DNA of 64,000 nucleotides from Saccostrea echinata (Eukaryota): NCBI RefSeq assembly GCF_033153115.1, contig NW_026889758.1, positions 49,972,001 to 50,036,000 of the forward strand, read 5' to 3'. Shown piece by piece: positions 51,789 to 64,000 of this stretch (position 1 is its first letter; each line of letters starts with the position of its first letter). The notes under the pieces were generated by a model. It saw only the letters and a program-made list of their open reading frames with translations, ran no database searches and was not told where the DNA came from. The position numbers and the translations under genes were made by a program.

Positions 51789-54650
51789 GTGAGCGTCTCA
51801 GAGAAAACCATGCAAAATGGCAAAAATGGTCCACAAGCTTACATCTCAGATATTTTAAAACTGGTATAAAACTGGAAGAACCTCCCATGAAAGTCCAAAT
51901 TTTGAATTCAATTGCCCCTCAATGTTGTTCTATTTTTAGCTTTGACCTACTTTAAGTATTGGCCCAAATATCCTTTGAAAATTGTAAAAAAGATACCAAA
52001 AACGATACATTTTGAGTACCAAAATACAAAAATAAGAGAACAATTCATACAAACTTTTTACTCAGATATAAGTTATCTATGTCTTATATTTTCAGTAAAA
52101 CAAAGTTGAATTGATAAATACTGCTTTTATAAAGATCAGGCAGAATTTAGAAAACTGGCATATCGATACCACTGCCAGATATTAAAGAAAATGCTAACTT
52201 TGAGTAAGGTATAAATATACCTGTAAACGCTTGCATCTTGTCTATTTCACATGATTCTAGAAGTAGAAGACCTAAATGGAAACTGAAAGAAAATCCATCT
52301 TTGGACTCTCAAAGTTTACTGCACAATTGATTAAAATTGATATATACATATATGAAATGACATATTCTAAGTCATTCTTGAATTTATTCATATTTTAGAC
52401 ATCGAGACCTTAAAATGCTTTTTAAATTTTGAATTAATTTTAAAAATATATTTTCTGGTCATAAATACATGTTAGATCAATATCTTCCATGTCTAAATCC
52501 TGTAGATAAGTTTTGTTTCTATGGAAAATTATTTATAAGATTTACCTCCCCTTAAATGCAATCTCCAGGCAGAGGAGGTAGAAAAGAGAAGAGAAGTCAA
52601 ATGGAGGTCAAAACATGATTTATCAGAATGGACTTGATGCAACTTTTTTGATCTATGTGGTCTGATCTTTTTAATCAAAATGACTTCCAAGATTTTTCTG
52701 ATTAATTTGATACATTTATAAATGGAAATGGATGTTCATTTACAAGCACTGTCAACCAAATGCCCTACTTTGTGTGACTTTCATAATGGAGAATCTGATT
52801 GTAATTTTGCAAACACTTTTTATGTTTATGAGTGTGACATAGATATCTTGAGTCATCTATATTCTCTACAAAGTGCGGAAATAATAGACAAGCATGTATA
52901 TGATGCTCACGTATGTCCTGAGTATATATTAATATTATATCGAAGTGGGTATTTCACGGTTGATATAACCGTTCTTTCAACGAGAATATGTATAAAGCAC
53001 CGTGAAGAGTTGGGGGCACGATGGAAAAGACCCAAGAGAACCTGTTCCTAATGGTCATCAGGGAAACATGAAAGCAGACAGAGGAGCCAGTCCAACAATT
53101 TGTAAAGAACTCTGGTTAAATACAAGACAAATATTACCAATAGTTTCAGGTTGGTTATAATTATTATGAACCTAGTTAGTAGTTATCATATTTTCAATAA
53201 AATGATTATAAAAAAAAGTTGCATTGAATTATGTGTATGAAAGAAATATTTATTCCAGTAGAATAAATTTAGATAATAAATTCAAGTTAAGTTTAAAGAG
53301 CATATGTATACATGGAGTAATTACTAATTATAATATTTGTTAAGTATACATTAGCTAGCTAGTATGCAAAAGGATACATTAAGCAATTTTCAGATTCAAA
53401 ATATTGACATTTTGAGGAAAAAATTGAGAATGAGCAAGGACTTTACAACATGCTTAATAATTTTATTACATATAAGACAAAATTCTTTGTTAGGTGAAAA
53501 GTACTTGTACATTTGTTGTAAAACTCATGAAATTCTGAAACTAAAGTGCTGTATGTAATATATCTTATGCAATAGTCCATTCTAGTTTAGTGCATTATTG
53601 CACATGCAACTTGTGCCTTCCCTGACAAATTTAATTTTTATATCAAAAAAAGAAGTATTTGTTTAGAAGATCACATTATTTTACTATCAGATTGGTGTGA
53701 ACAAATTTGTTGGACTCGCCATAGAGACTTGAAAAGAGCTTTAGAAAGCAATCATGGATTGAAAGGAACTAAAGCTTGTGTTGTCTCCATTGACAATGCA
53801 GAAGAACCAAAAATAAAATCCCAAATCCCCCAGAATAGCCTTCTGAACAACTTCATATTTAATGTGGATTCAGTAATTATGAGAAAGGCATACCAGGTTG
53901 GTTGTGGAAGGCTCATCGAGACAAATCCCTTGAAATATCAACATCTTGATGTTAGAGAAATGAAGGGTTTCCAGGTATTTGTTATGATTACAAATCTATA
54001 TAATAAATATACAATCACATGCTGAAACATTTCCACTTAAATTATGATATACTAGATATGAGCTATTTTAACAATGTTTATTATGATTTGCAATACGTCA
54101 AAACATAGCATTATTCGTGACCTCATATCTGCCCTATTTGAAAGAGTCCAAAGATAGATTTTTTTTATATCTTCCTAATTATGGTCTGTACTTACAGGTG
54201 TAATTACAATAAAACAAATTGCAGTGTTTAAAGAATCTTTAAAAATACTTTGAAAGTTCATAAATATATGAATTTTTTGGAAATGTGAATTTTGGAAGAT
54301 TTGTGACCTTTTTGTACTTAAACTGGATAAGTACTGAATAAATTTTACTATCCTGACTGATACTCTAGGCAACATACTTTTATGCCTATCAATTAATTTC
54401 AATGCATGAAATGTCATAATTTGTTGAGACTTCCTCAAATATGTCTAGATTCAATGATTTCAAGCTCCTAGTTTGACTACATGTTCTATCTTTAGTAACA
54501 TGCCTCTAAGTCATGAACTAAGGCAACAATGACGAAAATATTTGTGGCAAATTTAATGGTATATCAATACTATATTGCACACAAAAATTGATATCAATAC
54601 ATAAACCCTGCTTGTGGACTGTTTTGCATGGTTTTCTCAGAGACGCTCAC
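51789..54650 (+). mobile_element. Internally deleted TIR DNA transposon with transposase relics (Sola3-like, tentative)
   Basis: 29-bp TIR GTGAGCGTCTC(A/T)GAGAAAACCATGCAAAA; flanks TTAG / TTAA; relic coding segments '[21 protein letters not shown]' (52722-53150) and 'KRALESNHGLKGTKACVV' (53690-53974), both followed by AG|GT donors. Confidence 0.75.
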
Positions 54651-54673
54651 TTAAGTTTAAAATTTTGCAGCAA

Positions 54674-55110
54674 GAAATGTGAAGATAACGAACAGTGATC
54701 ATTTAAACAATACACATTATGAGCAAAGCTAACACGAACCTCTGAAAACAGAGAAAGGATCGGGTGCCACAGAGTAGCAGCATCCCCTGTCGACCGGTCA
54801 CACCCGCCGTGTGTTCTTTGTCTTGATTGGGTAAACGGAAAATCCGTAGACAATTCAGTGTGAAAATAATGGCCTAACAATTTGTATGAAAAACGTCAGT
54901 CAACATTCGACCTAACGACAGATTGTATTTTGCAAACAAGATCATTGTATCGACCATAGAATTTGCAAAATGGTGACTTTAAACAAGAATGTTGATATCC
55001 TTGTATCATCAACTTATTTTTCAATAGCCTGCCTCATTTTAGAATTTGTTCGAACGAAGAATAGCTCTTGCGTATTGAATCACCTGGGAGACAAAAACTC
55101 CATGTGCAGG
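54674..55110 (-). mobile_element. Penelope-like element 3' remnant
   Basis: Colinear with 2416-2460 plus 3590-3950 but without the minisatellite expansion. Confidence 0.65.
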
Positions 55111-55124
55111 GGAACATGTATTTA

Positions 55125-55700
55125 AAACAAACAAACAAACAAACATAGGCCTTGACGGTCACCTGAGTATCATGAGTCTTGATATATGACCAATCCATTA
55201 CCACCTGAAATTGAAACACTGAAATCGTGGATATTTTACATGAATTTCACATGGACTTTAAATTCACCATCATATTCCTGAATGTTGTTTCTGAAGGATA
55301 AAAAGAGGGAGAGATTTTAAAAGAGAAAGTAATTTAAATTAATTTAAAAATAAAATTAAATTATGATCAACTTAGCCCCATCCTCCGCCCTCACCTTAAT
55401 TTGATAAAAAGGGAAAATGGCATAATGCAACCATGCATAAAGTATGCTTGCTAAATGTCCATTAATAAATAAGATTATTAAAGCTACACTGTAAACACCC
55501 TGGGGCCTAATTCTGACCGAGGGGTCATGAATTTACATTCTTGGTAGATGAATAATTATGCACATGGCTTGTCTGCGAGATGTCCAGAAGAAAAAATATT
55601 TTCAAAGATATAATGCAACTTCAATATATAACCAGCTTAGTCCTGCCATCGGGCCTAAATACATTACTTTTTTTTTATAAATTTAAAATTCTTGTCAAAG
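55125..55700. mobile_element. Degenerate pearl/Helentron-type fragment
   Basis: GGCCTTGACGGTCACCTGAG head and GGGGTCATGAATTTAC..TTGGTAGA unit shared with 29540-31080. Confidence 0.5.
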
Positions 55701-55725
55701 AAAAATGCAAATCACGTGACACATT

Positions 55726-56951
55726 TTATCCAACCAGTGGACACCAACAACAAGTTCCATCTTCTGTCATATGACATGGTAAATGACAATGGCTCTCGTC
55801 CTTCCCAAAGCATGGGAATGCTCTTTTACCTGTAAAAACATAAAATGTATCTTAGTCGGAAACAAAATTTAGATAACTGCATTCAAGAATTTAGATGTGT
55901 AAATCGCATATAGTATCCCTGTTCAAATTGAAATCCTTTAAAGTAATATGGTCCAAAACTTTGCTTCTACGTGTTCTATTGGATAGAAGAAAATTGTTGT
56001 TGTTTTTTCTCAGTTAAAATTTTGGTGATCCTGAATTTACAAAAATTAAAACATCGGGTCTCACTGGCAGAGAAAAAATGACGTTAACTGAAAGGCAGTT
56101 TGGCGACTTTAGAATTTCTAGAAATCAATTCCCTGAGCACCAACAAAAAGTCGTCCAGCAATTTCACACGTGGTTACTGTAGACCCTTTCGTAATATTGA
56201 AACTTTTCTTTAAAAATTATTTTGTGATATACATTGTGTGCAGCTTGATTAAAATTTATAAGGCTTTCACATAAAGTTTATGCTGACTAGTATAACACAA
56301 TCGTATTTGATACAAAGTTCCACGATAATATCTTACACAAAAAGGTACATATTCCTGCGCGACACACCATATTTTATGGATAATAATTATTTTTGTGTTG
56401 CTTTGTAATTAGTAAAAAAAACTTTTGAATATAATTTCATTAAGTACGTAAGCTTCAGATATTTTTTTATTTAAAAATCTAGCTTAATTTAAATAACTTT
56501 TGTACCTGGAAATATGCGTGGGCAACAGCATCTGTTATCGTCTACAGAAAAATGACATCGGTAACCAAGGTAAACAGATTTGCATGCTTCTTCGGTTTCT
56601 GCATAATGACAGTCTTCACGAGTCCTGTATAAAAAGCATGTCTTCAAACATGTCCAATTTCGTAGCTTATTTTGGATGGTTAATCCCACAAAAACAAGTA
56701 CATTAATATGAATATTACTGGTTATTTGTATAATGGTTTAAGCAAATGAATTCTTTATTCGCATTATTAAAAGTATTTCATATGCATGTCAATTTCTAAA
56801 ACACATATGTCATCTTTCAAAAAAAATCTTATATGAAGATAATTTTAATGAAATGAAAATTTAAATTAATTAATATAAATACATCCTACCAACGAGCTGA
56901 ATAAGCCAAAACAACAAAGGTAAAAAGGATCACAAATTGCACAAGCTTCAT
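55726..56951 (-). CDS. Secreted precursor A of two cysteine-rich peptides (94 aa), family unknown
   Basis: Exons 56951-56890, 56624-56506, 55829-55726 (phases 2 and 1, GT-AG): MKLVQFVILFTFVVLAYSA-RWTR-EDCHYAETEEACKSVYLGYRCHFSVDDNRCCCPRIFP-GKR-AFPCFGKDESHCHLPCHMTEDGTCCWCPLVG*. Confidence 0.88.
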
Positions 56952-58209
56952 TTTTCTGAATACAGTCGACGTGTTGAGATTACAGGCAATCTTGGGAACT
57001 TGGCCTAATTCTAGACAAATCTCTTTGCTAAAGGAGTGGTAATATTTTGATGCTCTGTTATTAAAAGCACATAAATAAGAATTTAGAATTGATTAAGCTA
57101 TCAATAACATAATGCAAGGATCATATCAACAGATAGAGGGCATACGGAGAGAATGACAAAAAAAAAACTTTACTGTTTCTCTCAATATGGTATTTTGTAT
57201 TTTAATTACGTATGATATCTTATATAGTACGCCATACTCTTTTAAAGGTACTACTTATAATGGGTATTAAATAAAAAAAATAACAGTTTCAAAAGTAAAT
57301 TTCAGTGAAATGTATAAGAATAGAATAGAATTATTGCATCATATTTGTTTTCATTTTTAAGAAAATTTTAAAAAACAGAAAAGGAAAATACCTTGAGTTC
57401 AGATGAAATAAAATATTTCAAATGAAAGAGACATAACTTGCTAGCAATAGAAGAACATATACAACATTTGGTTATTTCTCTTCATCTGTTTTATCAGGAA
57501 GTTATTTATATACTTATTTATACTTTATAAAATGATCCGTCACTTAAATAGGGTAAGATACATATATTATGTAAACTTTGCATTCATAAATTTATAAAAA
57601 GTGGTTCTTTGTGCAATATTATGATTGAAAGTACATCTATCATTTCACAGACATGGCTGTTGCTGAAACTTCAACTTTTCTTTTGATGGTTTTGATACCT
57701 CCTATCTTCTTGGAAAGCTTCTATTTTTAAAGACTTTCTTGGAAGTCAATATGGTTGTCTTATTATGAATAGAGAGTACTACATTGATGAACACGTTTGC
57801 ATTCACGTTTGCAGTTTCTTGGTTTGATTTAATTGAGATTTTAGTATGTTTGGCATATTTTGATCTTTTTCAATGCATGATTTTGAGCTGATTTTTACCA
57901 TCTCTATTTTATTAAGTTATATCTAATCAGTATGGAAATTGCCGATGTAAAGGGAAAGTTAAAACATGGACAAATAATGGTCGAATAATTTTGAGTACCA
58001 TTTTTACAACACTTTAATCTATTTTAAATTACTTAATACTCCTTGTGTATTTATAACCAAAACATTTTAAAAGAATGCAGACAAATAGACACGAAAAAAT
58101 ATACCAATAATTGGAAATAACAATGGTATTACATCTCAACACACATAAGCATCATGTCAAAAGAGAAATGAGTTAAAAGAGGGATAACAAATTGGTTCTA
58201 TGACAATTC

Positions 58210-58215
58210 TTTATT
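58210..58215 (-). terminator. Polyadenylation signal of precursor B
   Basis: AATAAA on the minus strand 13 nt after the stop codon. Confidence 0.55.
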
Positions 58216-58228
58216 TGTTGCGTTGAGT

Positions 58229-60093
58229 TTAGGAGGTACACCAGCAACAGTACTCTCCCGGCATGTCACATCTAGTTCGGCAGTCCCTCACCATCTTACA
58301 GTTAGGGGGACAAACCCAGTCCCACACCATAGCGCAGTGTCCTGCTTCTCTCTTACCTGTTAAGGGGAAAAGAACTTTATCTCATACCGCATTTATGTTA
58401 GAAATCATCTTATTTCTCTCAAATTAGATTTGAATTATTCTACTTTCTCTCAATAAAACTTAGCATTCAGCTGTTACTGGTGTTATAGAGTTATTTAATA
58501 TATCTAATTATTATACATTTCCTACATTCTAACACTTGGCAACAGAAAAGACAACGAATAGTATGATTCATTTATGCTAAAATGAAATTCGTATTAAAAT
58601 CGATTTTGACCTTTTTTTTCAAAATATTTTTCAACAAGCTTTGCTTTCTCTGGTACATTACGTATATACAACCATACAGATATTTCTTTTTATTTTTTTA
58701 TGAAATAAAATAAATATAACGTAATGCGTTTCTGTGTTCACGTGATCATTTGGTAATAGTATTGAAGCATACGAGATCCCAGTATCCCTACTTATTCAGT
58801 GTCTGATACATTTAACAGACTTCATCATCATGTATGCTAAAATTTGAGATGCGATTTTTAGTAGCGTCACAAACGCTTCAAATGTTTTCCATTTAATTGT
58901 AAACGGATTTTCCATGAAATAATCTTAATATAATGTGCATAAACAATACATTTTAAAAAAAATACTTGAATATAAATTTGCCTCAGCTTTCTATTATCAA
59001 CTTTAAGTTGAACAAATATACATGTTTATTGTTTTCAGATTTGCATTGTTCTTTTAATGTTTTATTGGCTGATTGGTAATCATCTACATCTACATAAATA
59101 TCATTCCTTTGATACCTGTTTACACTTTCTTTTTAAATTTCTATTCCTCAAAAAGTACTATACAATGTATAATTGATACCTACATTCTGTTCCCTTATAT
59201 TATAACATACCCGGATAAATTGGTGGGCAACAGCACATGTCATCCTTCATGTGACAAACGCTACCAAAGATGCCAAGTATGCACTGGGTCTCTGTGTCTA
59301 CTGGCCTACACCATTCTCTCTTCCTAAAAAAGAAACATAATTCTTCTGACTTAGCAACACTGAAAAAAACATATCAAGACAATATTTTAAAAATGCAGCA
59401 AAGCAGCATTTTCACAAGCGTCAAAATTGGACCGCAAGTACCATTTTCTGCAAAATGCATTCAAGCGTTCAAGAATAACATTTGTTTGTGCAATTTGTAC
59501 CAAAAAGAAAAGAAGAAAAGTTCCATGGCAATGCAGATGACCCTTATCTCACGTATCTAGTAGGACTGTCTCCTTGCGGTCCTTTAAAAAATGAAAATGA
59601 ACAGGGTTTTTTTTTTTTTATTAAAAGCGAAAAATTACAGATCTTATATCTATGTGTGTTAGAACAGAAAACTCAAAAATAAACAAAATGGAACTATTGG
59701 GATATATATACTTTATTTCATATACAAATATACGTGGAGGCTTTTTTTCTGACAAGTTTGTTACATCCCAACTGAATTTCAAAAACAATGATAATCATAA
59801 TAATCATAGAGAAAAATTATATTAATATAACCGTATTTCATTTGGCCTAAAATTATATCAACAATGAAACAGCATGTTTCAAAATAGCTACGGTGTCAAT
59901 CAAGGCTAGTTAACAGACAGAACACATAGAACAATAACCCGACGACACTTGACATTATTAAAAGACCTTAAAGATTGCAATAGTTATTGTGTAAAAATAC
60001 ATACGCAATGATCTAATGTTACCTTCTTAGCGCCTCTGAAAAGGCAAAACAGCATATTAAAAACAATACAAAGGTTTGCAAATGAAGCTTCAT
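58229..60093 (-). CDS. Secreted precursor B of two cysteine-rich peptides (103 aa), paralog of A
   Basis: Exons 60093-60023, 59323-59211, 58356-58229 (same phases as A): MKLHLQTFVLFLICCFAFSEA-LRRKR-EWCRPVDTETQCILGIFGSVCHMKDDMCCCPPIYP-GKR-EAGHCAMVWDWVCPPNCKMVRDCRTRCDMPGEYCCWCTS*. Confidence 0.9.
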
Positions 60094-61336
60094 ATTTGTT
60101 TGATAACAGACTGACTTTGAGACAAAGAAATATACTAGTCACTTGGGTCTTATCTAAGAATTCCATGACCTCTTTGGGGAAAACCAAAATATCGTCACAA
60201 ATAATGTTCCGTAAAAAGTCTTGATTTTAAGATGGAGTACGTTCCTTTCTGGAGGTCGGCGAACTCTGACGAGAGAGGGCTACTTCATGGAAGAATATGC
60301 CTTCTATACTGTTATATTAAATCTTGAGAGGATATCAAGTTTATCTGTCAAACAGAATGTGATATCAAATAATATTTTATTTCCTATTTGTGTCTGGCAA
60401 ATTATGTCCGCCCTTCTGTCAATCACTTTAAAGAATTCTTGACTGTTTTTCAGCTTATGCGAAAAATTTAATTTCAAACCTTTGCTGTTTGTTCCCTCTT
60501 TAAAAATAGATTTTAAATTTTAGTATCCTTTTTTTAAGATAGAAAAATCTCTATATAACAGAGGGATATTTGTTCTGTACAGTAAACCAACTCCTCAGTT
60601 TTTGAGGGGAGGGGGTAAGTCATTTGTCATCCTCAACTTCTTTGAATGCAAACGAATTTTCATATTGAAGTCTACGGTTTTATTTTGTCACTTTCTACTC
60701 AGTGCTGAAAAACTCTGTTTACGATACAACTATGAAATGAGTTAACACAGGTGAAAGAATGCCTTGAATTGTACGTGTTAACACCTTGCTTGTTAAATTG
60801 ATAATTCCGATCTCCCTTATATATTGGCATCTATATATCAATGAGATTGTTTATCTTTCATGACATTTGTATGGCTGAGAAGGGTTGTCTTATTGGTTCC
60901 TTGTATATATAAACTAAAATTACTGAGAAGTCTTTATAAAAGAAAGATTTGTGGCACTTAATTAAAGACCAGAAGTACTTTCTCGTTCTGGAATGAATTC
61001 CCATAATCCATCCAGAAAGTAATAATTTGTTTTTCAACATTTGCCTAAAAATAGAATTATTTTGTATGTCCTCCAATAAAAATAACAGGTTAATACCGTG
61101 GCACAGTGAAATTGAGGATGAACTACAGTAATGACACAAGCTTATTTGATTGAGGGTTATTAAGAAGGAAAAGTGAAATTTTTCACGAAGCATACTTTGT
61201 TAAATAGATTCAAAAGCTCATAGTTGACAATACCTTTACTCATGAGAAGAAGATGAAGTTATGAAGCCAATTTTTTGCTTGTTGTTACCATGGTCTATGA
61301 AAGAAAAAAGAATAAATGCAACAGATGAAAATGAAC

Positions 61337-61673
61337 CAGGCACCTGAAGCGTGGATAATGTACACCTCTACTTCACACACACCCCATTCACCAAAATATA
61401 ATTTACGAGACTATATTTTCCCGAAAATATGTGATTTCTCCATCAATTCCATCTTTTTCGTCATTATGTGAAATCAGTATGTGATATACAGTATAACAAA
61501 AATACGTACGTATTTTTATTAACTGTAAATGACCAAACACAAACTGATTACATAGAATGAGATAGAATTGATGGGGAAATCACATATTTATTGGGAAAAT
61601 ATGGTCTCGGTTACTATATTTTGGTAATTGGGAGGGATGCAGAGATGTAAGTTATCCACAATTCAGGTGCCTG
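61337..61673. mobile_element. Foldback MITE with long imperfect inverted arms
   Basis: CAGGCACCTGAA..GTGGATAA ... TTATCCACAATTCAGGTGCCTG; internal GACTATATTTTCCC..AATATGTGATTTC.CCATCAATTC mirrored on the right. Confidence 0.75.
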
Positions 61674-64000
61674 TGGATAAACTTGCAGATGACATAAGGC
61701 ATGAGAATACATCGATACACTTAGTAATTCTTTAAGAACTAGTACTGTCAGGAATTTTTAGTCTCTTGTTTTAAGAAAGACTGGGAATGTGCATTCAGAG
61801 TAATACGTAACTTCTCATCGTTCACTCCGAGGAAAACATGTGAAGTAATGGAGTCACATGAGATTTAACACTCAATATAGTGGATAAAATAGATGAAATA
61901 GTGTATAGATTATATGGATTCATTAAACGCAATTTAACCCAAATATAAATTTAGAAACCATAATGAAGAAAAAATTATACCGTTCTGGTTTTTCAAAATA
62001 TTTGAACTTGCTGGAAATCATGGTACCACCCTGTCAATTTTGGCATTCTATCTTTAAAAAAAAATAATAGAAAAAATCCTGTGGGCGCAATTAAAGTGAA
62101 TTAAATCTTTTAATCATCCTATTTCCATAGTTAGAACCTGTTTTGAATCGAGATGAGCGTGTTTAAGTGCGATTTTTTCCTCATTTAGAACGAATTCAAG
62201 TGTATTCAATTTGCTTTTCGTAGCGGTGACGAACCCCAAATCTACATTCAATTCATTGAATTCAAGTTCTTGAAAAATAAAAATTGCAAGTTTACAAACA
62301 GTACAGGTATATAAGTTAGAAATATCTTTTTATGTCTTCTTTGAATATATATGTTTATATATACATTTAATTGTTTCCTCAAAGTACATTCTATATTCGA
62401 AAATCAATTTTGTTTATGCTAACTTTGAAACAGTTGTTAAACGTCCAAACTCGCATAATTTCTCACTCCCTTCTCTCTCTCTCTATCTCTACCTTCTCTC
62501 TTTCTCTCTCTCTCTCAGGGCGTGGGTGCGTGTGTGTGAGAATATGTGTGTCTGTGAAATAATGTCTAAGGTGTATTTCATATTTTGCAAAGATTGCTAT
62601 AAAATATTTACTGATAAAAGAAAAACATACAATATCCTTCATAACTTTTATTATAGTAAGTATACTTATATTTAAAATGAGACAACTTTATGTGCATTAG
62701 CTGCCATTTACAAGTTTTTTTAATCTTGACAAAATAGATACTGCTACTAAACCAAAAGTTTCTCTGTTAATTGTATAGATAGTATTTAAAAAATTGATCA
62801 CTTTTTTTTCAAAAATATTCATGACAGGATTATCTCGCATTACCTCGGAAAAAATGTCACAAATTGTCTTAATTAATTATAAACTCCAGTTTAAGAACTT
62901 TCACTCTATTTCTAAATATCTATGTCATTCTCCTTATTTTCTACACGCATAAAAATGGTAACTGCCCACAGAATTGGTTATTTCTTCATTGTTTAAAAGT
63001 AGACTACAATGAAACATGGGTACTGCAGAATAATACAGACATTACTTGAATCATGCGATGTCTTACAAAATTATAATTTAATATAATTTATATAAAAATG
63101 AGTATTCATTTGTTTTGACAAATTAAAATTGCAGCAATGATGCCTTCCTATTTCTTTTTAAAATAATAAGCTAGGCCTCTTGTATCAGCCGCTTTAATGT
63201 CTCAATTTCTTTACGCATTTTCTCACCTGCAATTTCAATAAATACCTTTTAGTCTACGTAGAAATACGATCAATTTTGGATCATTAACAAGGATTTTGTT
63301 AAGTTGGAAAAGGCAATGACTTTAATTTAACTACGAACGGAGAGGAAAATAGATATTGATTTTAAAAAAAATCAGTGATATTTCAATCATTCGAATTTTT
63401 TACATCCCCGGTTGCAAAGAATATGTTTAACTGTCGGAACCAATGAAGCCTTAAACCCGCATCATAACAACCTAGTAGACTTAACTTCAGCTTGGTTACT
63501 CTAAGGAAATATAAGTCAATATTTTAGAAGCCTTACACGTAGGTATTAAATGAATATATCTTTCCATCGGGGGATTTGCTTATGGCGGGTCGATACCCCA
63601 CGCCAGATCGGAGCGCGGCGCACTCTATTTGAATATTCTAGTTACCGGAGATCTTCGGATGGTGGTAGTAGGAGCATGTCATTATCTAAAGGTATTTATC
63701 TCTCAAATCTGTTGTGTATACAATCACCGGCTCTTTAAATGTATTTTTTAAAGACACAGTCCAGGGTCTTGACAATGCACAAATAGTCTAGGATAATTAA
63801 GAGTTTGTGTCGATATTTTCTCTTTATATGTACAGAAGAGTTTTAAATGTTCTCTTCTATGTAGCGTTTACTTGGAGATTTTTCTAACTCACAAGAAGGT
63901 AAGTTTTTTTAAGAGTGATTTTTGTATTATTAATACTCAAATTTGACAAATCGTCGCCAACTTCGTGCTGAAGATTTTAATGTACACACCTGATGAAATC

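Noticed and set aside
57650-57730. Short plus-strand hydrophobic ORF MAVAETSTFLLMVLIPPIFLESFYF
   Set aside because: 25 codons, no paralogy or continuation
55726-60093. Assignment to defensin, macin, metallothionein or conotoxin families
   Set aside because: No CS-alpha-beta or macin spacing; signal peptide and processing sites argue against metallothionein; the match of A2 to a C-C-C-CC-C framework is pattern only
61234-61295. Exon-like minus-strand segment as a third peptide paralog
   Set aside because: Good splice signals but stops in all three frames and no Cys pattern; at most a non-coding exon

Overview
AT-rich, intron-containing eukaryotic DNA; its repeat families (Helentron/pearl-type satellite-carrying elements, tRNA-derived SINEs, Penelope-like RT remnants) point to a bivalve, probably an oyster (inference). 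Most entries in the ORF track are noise, and the real genes are spliced. I assembled them by hand from GT/GC-AG boundaries and phase continuity. (1) A single-pass membrane protein gene at about 12.7-18.9 kb (+), with a coiled-coil ectodomain and a possible TIR/SEFIR-like cytoplasmic domain. (2) An expansin-like (EXLX/YoaJ-type) locus at 32.7-46.3 kb (+). Exons for signal peptide, two CBM2-like modules and a mucin-like linker can splice in frame into an expansin unit that also has its own TATA box, ATG and signal peptide. (3) A tandem expansin paralog at 48.9-50.7 kb (+) that has lost the Thr and Asp residues tied to wall-loosening activity and uses a GC-AG intron. (4) Two tandem minus-strand genes at 55.7-60.1 kb, each encoding a signal peptide plus two small cysteine-rich peptides separated by a Gly-Lys-Arg amidation/cleavage site; I cannot assign them to a known family. 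The expansin pair and the two-peptide precursors are the best candidates for undescribed systems. The rest is nested transposons, satellites and palindromes. No rRNA, tRNA gene or CRISPR array is supported.
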